A DNA stretch of 64,000 nt. Origin: Macrostomum hystrix (lineage: Eukaryota > Animalia > Platyhelminthes). Every line of letters starts with the position of its first letter. Positions within the stretch are counted from its first letter, which is position 1. Positions 39,482 to 50,400 of this stretch are shown here, in pieces. The notes under the pieces were generated by a model. The model saw only the letters and a program-made list of their open reading frames with translations. It had not been told where the DNA came from and did not search any database. A program made the position numbers and the translations under genes. The DNA is taken from the NCBI GenBank assembly GCA_950097015.1, contig CATNEN010000001.1, positions 13,330,001 through 13,394,000 on the forward strand, written 5' to 3'.

Positions 39482-42400
39482 TCATATTATTGTACTGCCC
39501 TCTGAAAACATTCTGGTGTTCATTCTGCGAAACTTGCTCTGCCTCCGAGAGCGACTGTAGATGGCCTGCAACATGGAGGTGTTCACGCCAACCATCGACC
39601 AGTAGAAACCGCACAGAAAGAAGGATAGAAATAGCTGCAATGCGATGTTAGAGGCGGAGTGAGTCTCATAGAAATCCGGGTGTCTTTCATAGAAATTCGG
39701 GTGTCTTTCAAAGAAATATGGGTGTCTTTCATAGAAATATGGCTGTCTTTCAAAGAAATATGGGTGTCTTTCATAGAAATCTGCTGTCTTCCATAGAAAC
39801 CTGGCTGTCTTTCATAGAAATCCGGGTGTCTTTCATAGAAATATGGCTGTCTTTCAAAGAAATATGGGTGTCTTTCATAGAAATCTGCTGTCTTCCATAG
39901 AAACCTGGCTGTCTTTCATAGAAATCCGGGTGTCTTTCATAGAAATATGGCCGTCTTTCAAAGATATGGGTCTTTCATAGAAATATGGGTGTCTTTCATA
40001 GAAATCTGCTGTCTTTCATAGAAACCTGGCTGTCTTCATAGAAATATGGGTGTCTTTCATAGAAATCAGGGTGTCTTTCATAGAAATCCGGGTGTCTTTC
40101 ATAGAAATATGGCTGTCTTTCAAAGAAATATGGGTGTCTTTCATAGAAATATGGCTGTCTTTCAAAGAAATATGGGTGTCTTTCATAGAAATCTGCTGTC
40201 TTCCATAGAAACCTGGCTGTCTTTCATAGAAATCCGGGTGTCTTTCATAGAAATATGGCTGTCTTTCAAAGAAATATGGGTGTCTTTCATAGAAATCTGC
40301 TGTCTTCCATAGAAACCTGGCTGTCTTTCATAGAAATCCGGGTGTCTTTCATAGAAATATGGCTGTCTTTCAAAGAAATATGGGTGTCTTTCATAGAAAT
40401 CTGCTGTCTTCCATAGAAACCTGGCTGTCTTTCATAGAAATCCGGGTGTCTTTCATAGAAATATGGCCGTCTTTCAAAGAAATATGGGTCTTTCATAGAA
40501 ATATGGGTGTCTTTCATAGAAATCTGCTGTCTTTCATAGAAACCTGGCTGTCTTCATAGAAATATGGGTGTCTTTCATAGAAATCAGGGTGTCTTTCATA
40601 GAAATCCGGGTGTCTTTCATAGAAATTCGGGTGTCTTTCATAGAAATCTGGCAGTCTTTCATAGAAATCTGGCTGTCTTTCATAGAAATCAGGGTGTCTT
40701 TCATAGAAATTCGGGTGTCTTTCATAGAAATCTGGCAGTCTTTCATAGAAATCTGGCTGTCTTTCATAGAAATCAGGGTGTCTTTCATAGAAATCCGGGT
40801 GTCTTTCATAGAAATCCGGGTGTCTTTCATAGAAATCTGCCTGTCTTTCATAGAAATCCGGGTGTCTTTCATAGAAATTCGGGTGTCTTTCATAGAAATC
40901 TGCTGTCTTCATAGAAATCCGGGTGTCTTTCTTAGAAATATGGGAGTCTCATAGAAATCCGGGTGTCTTTCATAGAAATCCGGGTGTCTTTCATAGAAAT
41001 CCGGGTGTCTCATAGAAATCCGGGTGTCTTTCATAGAAATTTGGCTGTCTTTCATAGAAATCTGGACGTCTTTTAGGGAAAAATGGGTGTCTTTCTTAGA
41101 AATCTCGAGATCTTTCATAGAAATATGGGTGTCTGTAAGACAGACTTGCGTGTCTTTCAAAGAAATATTTTTAGCCTGTCATATGAAGCTCTCCTGTTTT
41201 CAGAGGTGTCACTCGTCAAGCAGGGTGTCTTACATAAATCACCGTGCGCCATTTGATAGCCTCTATGTAGTTTTCGTTGTCTTTACTCTCGGTAGTGGAC
41301 AGTGCTTGCAGCCCCAGGTGGAACATCAGGTAGGAAATGAGGCTGCTGATCAGGTGAATGGTTGATAGAAATCCGGACGGCAGCAATATCGCCAGCCTGC
41401 CAATGAACCTGGCATTGAGGGGAGGTTGGTGACGAAGCTGTGTGCGAGCACCGCTCGGGTGGAGAGAATAAGATGGGATGAGAGGGGATCAGATGGGATG
41501 AGAGGATGAGAGGGGATCAGATGGGATGAGAGGATGAGAGGGATCATATGGGATAAGAGGGGATCAGATGAGATAAGAGGGGATGAGAGGGGACCAGATG
41601 GGATGAGAGGGGATGAGATGGGATGAGAGGGGATCAGATGGGATGAGAGGGGATGAGAGGGGATAAGATGGGATGAGAGGGGATGAGAGGGATCAGATGG
41701 GATGAGAGGGGATGAGAGGGGATGAGAGGGATGAGAGGGGATCAGATGGGATGAGAGGGGATCAGATGGGGTGAGAGGGGATGAGAGGGGATCAGATGGG
41801 ATGAGAGGATGAGAGGGATCATATGGGATAAGAGGGGATCAGATGAGATAAGAGGGGATGAGAGGGGATCAGATGGGATGAGAGGGGATGAGATGGGATG
41901 AGAGGGGATCAGATGGGATGAGAGGGGATGAGAGGGGATAAGATGGGATGAGAGGGGATGAGAGGGATCAGATGGGATGAGAGGGGATGAGAGGGGATGA
42001 GAGGGATGAGAGGGGATCAGATGGGATGAGAGGGGATCAGATGGGGTGAGAGGGGATGAGAGGGGATCAGATGGGATGAGAGGGGATCAGATGGGGTGAG
42101 AGGGGATGAGAGGGGATCAGATGGGATGTGGGGGTTGAGAGTGAAAGAGTGTGGAAAAAGTTCCGTATACCTCAGGGAGCTCAACACAGGTTGAGTTGCA
42201 ACATTGAGTAATCTGTGCAGAGCAACTCACCTGGTCGTGGACGACTTCTTGTGCAGTCGGTGTCGCATAATCTTGGGATCCGGCGGGGTGGTATCTGCCA
42301 GATCGCCCGTCAATCTGGTTGATCTCCTCTGCCGGTCACGCTGTTTGTTGTCTCCAGCCTTTGAACCGATCAGCGACAGCAGCTGGCGACGCTTGCGACG

Positions 42401-43210
42401 CAGCAGGAAACACTCCATGAGGAACAGAGCGCAGTAAAGCAGGCCGAGGGATAGCATCGTCAGGTCATGCACCTTGGAAAGCACAGGATCGAGATTTACC
42501 GCTCATCTGCCTGTCTCACTCACTGCCTCACTGTCTGTCTCACTGTCTGTCTCACTGTCTGTCTCACTATCTGTCACATTGTCTGTCACACTGTCTGTCT
42601 CACTGTCTCTCACTGTCTGTCTCACTGTCTCTCCGTGTCTGTCTCACTGTCTGTCTCACTGTCTGTCTCACTGTCTGTGTCACTGTCTGTCTCACTATCT
42701 GTCACACTGTCTGTCACACTGTCTGTCTCACTGTCTCTCACTGTCTGTCTCACTGTCTGTCTCACTGTCTGTCTCACTGTCTCTCCGTGTCTGTCTCACT
42801 GTCACTGTCTTTCTCATTGGCTGTCTCTCCTTGTCTGTCTCACTGTCACTGTGTCTCCCTGTCTGACTCCGTGTCTGTCTCACTGTGTCTCACAGTCACA
42901 TATTAGTCCCACTCTGGCAGTGATCAAGAATGAGTCTGTGAGTACCGGGTCTCACATTAGTGAGGTAGCAGACGACAGCGAAGTCATTGTAGCGAGCGGC
43001 TAGAGGCTTCTGACTTTGATCAGAGAAGATCCACCTGCTGATGAGGCTGAAGTACTCGTTGCCGCAGACTTTGTACAAAGGTCGCATAATGAAAGCGTGC
43101 AAAGTTACTAGCAGACAGTAGCAAATCACAGACGTGATCGACAGCAGTAGCCGAAAGGTTTGATTAAAAACGTGGTTAAAATCTATCTTGACTAAATTTA
43201 TAAGAAACAT
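39482..43210 (-). CDS. Multi-pass membrane protein; four hydrophobic segments visible, possibly the TM4-7 half of a divergent 7TM receptor; 5' end unresolved
   Basis: Proposed exons 43210 (or acceptor 43191)-42956, 42472-42231, 41453-41234, 39634-39482. Phases 0, 2, 0 close into one frame: LLLSITSVICYCLLVTLHAFIM...VVCYLTN|VHDLTMLSLGLLYCALFLMECFLLRRKRR...|...RLAILLPSGFLSTIHLISSLISYLMFHL...WRTVIY|LFLSFFLCGFYWSMVGVN...*. One acceptor is GAG. Confidence 0.55.
39663..41166. repeat. 21-bp minisatellite in the last intron of the membrane-protein gene
   Basis: Unit GTCTTTCATAGAAATCCGGGT with variants. Confidence 0.95.
41470..42128. repeat. Purine-rich 10/11-bp repeat (GGGATGAGAGG)n, intronic
   Basis: Visible; its complement provides the polypyrimidine tract of the 41453 acceptor. 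Confidence 0.93.
42510..42897. repeat. 12-bp repeat (CACTGTCTGTCT)n, intronic
   Basis: Visible tandem array. Confidence 0.92.
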
Positions 43211-44465
43211 TTTCGGTCGCTTTTAATTCCCTCTTTGCTCGTAGTTTTTTTATTGTCCGAAAATTTATCTCAATGAAACTCGAAGTTGATTGAGTCCACT
43301 TGTCCAGCATTTTCTTCAGGCTTACGAATATTAAATTATGTCTATGGCAAAAACTGCCTATCGCCTATACGGTAAATGAAAACTAAATTGAAGCTCGCAA
43401 TATGGAAGTCCAGAAGAACTACAGAATATTTTTTCACCGAAATTTAATAGAAAAAAAGCTTTTAATGCAAATGAAGTGCTTAAAGTTGCCGTGTATTTTA
43501 AAACTGACACATTTTCAAATTCCATCTACAACAGAAACTATTTCCCTCTAATTTACTTTGCAGTTGAAAAGCGAACCGGTAGAAAGTATATTTTTTACAC
43601 ATCAGCAGCGATTGAAATGAAAATGAAACATAACAGAGGATCAACCTTTTGAATGGAGAAATTTGAGGATAAATAGAAGATAACACTGATTAAAACTGTG
43701 TTCACTTATTAGTTTTGCAATAAAATAAAACAGTCGATTGCTGTTAGAAGGGCACTTTGAGTGCACCTGATACGCTGATGCATGAAGTGTTTGAATCTCT
43801 GCTTTGGTGCGAATGTAGCCAGGGTAGCTAATTGACTTGCTTAAACGGCCCTTTTCAGGACCATCGTTTTGTTTGTCAAGGCTATAAAACTCCCACGTTG
43901 AATCAAAGGCACAGCCGCTCAAACAAGCAGAGGAAAGTCCAGCTTTAAGGAGAGAATAAAGCAAAAATACAAGAGAAAAGCCATAGAACAATAGAAAACA
44001 GGGACTGCAGAAGGACTACTAAACAAAGAACAATTTCATATTGCACAACCAAAACACAAACGATTAAACAGAACAAAAAATGAGGACGGACAGAATCGTT
44101 ATTTTCCTATTTAGCTAACAAGCCATAAACGGAGCTTTGAATGTTGGCGAATAAAAAAGTGGAATGATATGCTAGCTGACCTACTGTTAGTAAAAATGAG
44201 AAAATATGCAACAATTTGCTCGAAAGAAGCAAAAAATTACGCAATGAGTAGAAACAGATTTTCGTTGACAATTAAATAAAGACAATGTTAATAAATAAAA
44301 AGAAGGCCGCAGGTTTGGTAAAAATCTAATAAATCGGTTCAGGACAGCAGCTAGCATTAAAGAAAAGCTATTTTATAATAAAAAGAATGCAATCTGAGTG
44401 CAGAGCGCTAATTATCTTACTGAAAGTAGGAATAAAAGCGTGTTTCAGTAGTGTGTTTCCAAACT

Positions 44466-47400
44466 TCAAAAACTCCTATCGGAATGATTGCCGGCTTCGT
44501 CGGTGCTGACGTCAAAGCCGATTTCGCCGTCGGCGCCATCGTTAAGAGCCTCGGCCACGGATCGCATGAGCTGACGAAATGGTGGCGCCGCCGCTCCGCT
44601 TGGCGATGACGGAATCTCCACGCCGACTGGCTGCTTCACAGACCTGGTTGTGTCAGTGCGGGGCGTGTCCGCTTCGAGTATCGGATCCAGCTGGGGCAGT
44701 CTTTGATGAGCCGCTACAGACTCCGCTTGCTGCTGCTGCTGCTGCTGCTGTTGAGATGACGGCAGGTAGCTGAAACCGTCATCGTCCAGATCATCGAGAT
44801 TCTCATCGGCAAGATGGCCCAAGTCTAGGCCGAGACCGAGATTAGATGGCGGCACCGACTTGGATGAGGTACTCAGGGCCTGAAGCTCATTACCGGCTTG
44901 GGTCATTGATGATGAAGAGTCATACAATCTGGTCATCGAATGGTCATAGGCCTGATTGCTAGATCTGGTCATTTGCGCGTCACGTAGGCTGGGCTGGGCC
45001 GCGTGACTTCTGTCAAGGCGGGTGTACGGGGACTCATAGCCTGAACTCGCTGATGGCTTATTTAGCTGATAGCCGGCTAGGGTCATCGATGGGTTATACT
45101 TGCTGGTCTGGGTCATTGATGGGTCATACTTGCTGGCCTGGGTCGTCGATGGGTCATACTTGCTTGCCTGGGTCATCGATGAGTCATACTTGCTGGCCTG
45201 GGTCATCGGTGAGTCATACTTGCTGGTCTGGGTCATCGATGAGTCATACTTGCTGGCCTGGGTCATCGGTGGGTCATACTTGCTGGCCTGGGTCATCGGT
45301 GGGTCATACTTGCTGGCCTGGGTCATCGATGGGTCATACTTGCTGGCCTGGGTCATCGATGAGTCATACTTGCTGGCCTGGGTCATCGATGAGTCATACT
45401 TGCTGGCCTGGGTCATCGGTGGGTCATACTTGCTGGCCTGGGTCATCGATGAGTCATACTTGCTGGTCTGGGTCATCGGTGGGTCATAGGCATGGCTGCT
45501 GGCTATATGAGCAGGTGAGCCATGACCCGGAGCTGCCAGTCCATGATTGGCTACAAAGCTCGCCCTAGAAATTGCCGTGTCAAACTTTGTCGCCTGGGTC
45601 AACAATGAGTCATTAGCGCGAGTCAGCGCTGGGTCATAATTTTGACTTCCATTTTCAACCCGCTGCTGCTGCTCAGATCCTAACAGGTCATTCGAATAGG
45701 TCATACGCGGTGAGTCATTGTTGGCCGCATCAACGTCGACATCAGAAACGCCGTGCGGATGATCGTCATACGCTCGACTATGACCTAAAGCCAATGGGTC
45801 ATAGGTTCGGTCATGACCAGAAGATGAGTCATAGGTGCGGAAGCCCCTGGAGACAGACTCAAACGGTTTGTCTGGCTCGCCAGGCACTCTGCGAGGCAAG
45901 CTCGATGGCAGTGACTCCTGCGTGGCGTTGGACCTGGCTGACACAGGCTCACCTCCACTCAGAATGGTCAGAGCGTCATTGCACTGACCCTGCATGACCG
46001 ACTGGACTAAACCGGCCATTCTCAGCCGCTGCTGATCAGCCGACCGCTTTTGCTCCTTCCAGTGCTCGCAGCGTCTGGACAGCTCGTCATTCTCTTCGCG
46101 AGCCGCCCGCAGGCGGTCCTCCATCTCGGCGCATCTGGAATCGATTTTGTCATTGTCAGATCTGTAAATGTACAGCTCGCCTGACTACACAACAAGTGCC
46201 ACTTTGAGATTCTTCAATGACATTTTTAACCTCGTAAATGCCATTTTAAATTACTTGTCTATAAAGCACCATTTTTAATATAAAAACCTCATTTTTTATT
46301 TTTAGTGTTTTTTATCTAAAAATTGTCAATTTGAATATATAGTGCTATTTCATTAACTGCCATTTTGGATTTATAGAGTCATTTTAGATATTTAAAGTGC
46401 CATTCTGAATCTATGAAGTGCTATTTTGAATCTATAAAGTGCCATTTTGAATCTCTAAGTGCCATTTTGAATCTATGAAGTGCCATTTTGAATCTCTAAG
46501 TGCCATTTTGAATCTATGAAGTGCCATTTTGAATCTCTAAGTGCCATTTTGAATCTCTAAGTGCCATTTTGAATCTCTAAGTGCCATTTTGAATCTCTAA
46601 GTGCCATTTTAAATCTCTAAGTGCCATTTTGAATCTCTAAGTGCCATTCTTTAAGTGCCATTTTGAATCTCTAAGTGCCATTTTGAATCTATGAAGTGCC
46701 ATTTTGAATCTATAAAGTGCCATTTTGAATCTATAAAGTGCCATTTTGAATCTCTAAGTGCCATTCTTTAAGTGCCATTTTGAATCTCTAAGTGCCATTT
46801 TGAATCTCTAAGTGCCATTTTGAATCTCTAAGTGCCATTTTGAATCTATGAAGTGCCATTTTGAATCTATAAAGTGCCATTTTGAATCTATAAAGTGCCA
46901 TTTTGAATCTCTAAGTGCCATTCTTTAAGTGCCATTTTGAATCTCTAAGTGCCATTTTGAATCTCTAAGTGCCATTTTGAATCTATGAAGTGCCATTTTG
47001 AATCTCTAAGTGCCATTTTGAATCTCTAAGTGCCATTTTGAATCTATGAAGTGCCATTTTGAATCTATAAAGTGCCATTTTGAATCTATAAAGTGCCATT
47101 TTGAATCTATGAAGTGCCATTTTGAATCTATAAAGTGCCATTTTGAATCTATAAAGTCCCATTTCAATCTAATCCAATATAAAACTGTCGGCCATTAACA
47201 AACCTGGCGTCGAGCTCCTCCTCGAATCGCTTTCTCAGGGCCTCCTTCTCCTTTGCCCACCTGTCGCGCAGTCCACGCACCTCGGCCTGGGCGGAGTCTC
47301 GAGCGGCTCGCTCCCGCCTGGACCAGTCCGCTCTGGCTGCCTCCAGCCTTTCAGCCGCCCCTCGCTCAGCCCTGGCTCGCGCCTCCGATTCAATCTTTCG

Positions 47401-50400
47401 CCTGGTCGGCTCCAGCTGAGCTTCTCGTGATTGCCATGCCGACTGCAGGTCAGCCAGCTCACACGCCATGCGCTCCTGCTCACTGCCTGCTCTACGCAGA
47501 TCAGCTTGCGCCTGGGTGCGATGGGAGTGACATAGGAACTGGTTTGAATGGCTATTGCAACCCCAACCTGAGATGCTGGAATTCTCTAATTTTCATGCCA
47601 CAGATCCCAAGAAAATTTTACTTAAAGTTTAAAATGCCACGAGTCGTATCCCTAACTTCCAGATCCCAAGAATCGCTTCCTTAAAGTTCCACATCCGAAA
47701 AATCCCAACCAGATTCAGTTTCAGATCTCGTTAATCCCATTCCCAAAGTTCCAGATCCCAAGAATCCCAAACCTGAAGTTCCAGATCCCAAGCATCCCAT
47801 CCCCAATTTTCCAGATCCCAAGAAACCCAACCCTAAAGTTCCAGATCCCGATAATCCCATTCCCAAAACCACAGATCCAACCCATCCCTGAACTTCCAGA
47901 TCCCAAGAATCCCATCCCCAAAGTTCCAGATCCCAAGAATCCCATCCCTAAACTTTCAGATCCCAAGAATCCATTCCATAAAGTTCCAGATCCCAAGAAT
48001 CATATCCCTAAACTTTCAGATCCAAAGAATCCCATACCTAAAGTTCCACATCCCAAGAATCCTATCCCTAAAGTTCCAGATCCCAAGAATCCCATCCCTA
48101 AACTTTCAGATCTCAAGAATCCCATACCTAAAGTTCCACATCCCAAGAATCCTATCCCTAAAGTTTCAGATCCCAAGAATCCCATCCCTAAAGTTCCAGA
48201 TCCCAAGAATACCATCCCTAAAGTTTCAGAGTCCAAGAATCCATTCCATAAAGCTCCAGACCCCGGTAATCCCAATCCCAAAGCCAGAGATCCCAAGAAT
48301 CCCACCTGATCTAGAGCTCGCTTCAAGTCGGCCACCACCCGCTCCAGCTCCTCCCGTTCGGCCAGCCGGGTTCGCTCCGCCTCAGCCAGCTGGGCCGTCC
48401 ACTCGGCTTGCCGCTCAGACAAGCCGCGCTTCTCCGCCTCCAGGGCGCGCTCGCGTTGTCGCGCCGAGGTTTCAAAGTTTTTCCGTTCAACTCGAACCGC
48501 CTCAGCCTCGGCAAGGGCGGCGGATTTGGCCTCGGACTCGCGCCGAAGGTCTTCGCGGAGACGGCCGACCTCGGCTATGCCGGTTTCGGCTGCCCGAGCG
48601 GCGCCAGCTTCGGCAGCTTCGGCTCTGGCGCGCAGATCGCGCAGCTGGCGCTCCGACTGCTGGGCCAAGACGCCGGCCTCCTGCTGGGCCTGGCGAGCGA
48701 GCGCATTCGCGTTGGCCAACTCTCGCTCCAGGGCTGCAGCCCTCTCCGCCGCTCGCCTTGACGACTGCTCGCGTTCGGCGTCGCGACGGCGGAAATTTTC
48801 GTTCAACTTCTCGGCCGATTCTTCCAACTGGTGGATCTGGGATTTGGCGAGCGGGAAAGGATTAGCGATGGATCTGGGATTTGGCGAGCGGGAAAGGATT
48901 AGCGATGGATCTGGGATTTGGCGAGCGGGAAAGGATTAGCGATGGATCTGGGATTTGGCGAGCGGGAAAGGATTAGCGACGGATTTGGGATTTGGCGAGC
49001 GGGAAAGGATTAGCGATGGATCTGGGATTTGGCGAGCGGGAAAGGATTAGCGATGGATCTGGGATTTGGCGAGCGGGAAAGGATTAGCGATGGATCTGGG
49101 ATTTGGCTAGCGGGAAAGGATTAGCGACGGATTTGGGATTTGGCGAGCGGGAAAGGATTAGCGATGGATCTGGGATTTCGTGAGCGGGAAAGGATTAGCG
49201 ATGGATCTGGGATTTGGCGAGCGGGAAAGGATTAGCGACGGATCTGGGATTTGGCGAGCGGGAAAGGATTAGCGATGGATCTGGGATTTGGCGAGCGGGA
49301 AAGGATTAGCGACGGATTTGGGATTTGGCGAGCGGGAAAGGATTAGCGATGGATCTGGGATTTGGCGAGCGGGAAAGGATTAGCGATGGATCTGGGATTT
49401 GGCTAGCGGGAAAGGATTAGCGACGGATTTGGGATTTGGCGAGCGGGAAAGGATTAGCGATGGATCTGGGATTTCGTGAGCGGGAAAGGATTAGCGATGG
49501 ATCTGGGATTTGGCGAGCGGGAAAGGATTAGCGATGGATCTGGGATTTGGCGAGCGGGAAAGGATTAGCGACGGATCTGGGATTTCGTGAGCGGGAAAGG
49601 ATTAGCGATGGATCTGGGATTTCGTGAGCGGGAAAGGATTAGCGATGGATCTGGGATTTGGCGAGCGGGAAAGGATTAGCGATGGATCTGGGATTTCGTG
49701 AGCGGGAAAGGATTAGCGATGGATCTGGGATTTGGCGAGCGGGAAAGGATTAGCGATGGATCTGGGATTTGGCGAGCGGGAAAGGATTAGCGACGGATCT
49801 GGGATTTCGTGAGCGGGAAAGGATTAGCGATGGATCTGGGATTTCGTGAGCGGGAAAGGATTAGCGATGGATCTGGGATTTGGCGAGCGGGAAAGGATTA
49901 GCGACGGATCTGGGATTTGGCTAGCGGGAAAGGATTAGCGACGGATTTGGGATTTGGCGAGCGGGAAAGGATTAGCGATGGATCTGGGAAATCATTTTTA
50001 GGTTTCATTTTTTACCCTTCGCTTTTCTAATTAACTTTTTCCTAATTCTACAAATAAAATACTTAATCCTCTATTCCTAATAATGAATCCAAATTCTAAT
50101 CCCGATCCTGAAGATTCTAATCCCCATCCTGGAGATTCTAATCCCAGTCCTGAATATTCTAATCTTCATCCTGAATATTCTAATCTTCATCCTGAATATT
50201 CTAATCTTGATCCTGAATATTCTAATCCCAGTCCTGAATCCTCTAATCTCAACCCTATTAGATCTGAAATGTAAGGCAGAAAAGTTCTGAAAGCTTTAAG
50301 AGCTATTTATGAATACATATTATAACACGACTGATAATGACTCGTACGTGAAAAAACTTGATTAAAGGAAACATAAAAAAAAGTAAAATAAATATGATTA

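Noticed and set aside
41350-41437. Terminal exon SFVTNLPSMPG...* using the CAG acceptor at 41437
   Set aside because: Possible but disfavoured: the acceptor at 41453 gives a longer hydrophobic frame, a GTAAGA donor and an in-phase next exon.
42171-42212. Micro-exon bounded by CAG and GTAT
   Set aside because: It would need an 18-nt intron, which is too short.
42896-43210. Insulin-like peptide (signal peptide followed by VCG)
   Set aside because: Cysteine spacing does not fit a B chain, there is no A chain, and downstream exons encode hydrophobic helices.
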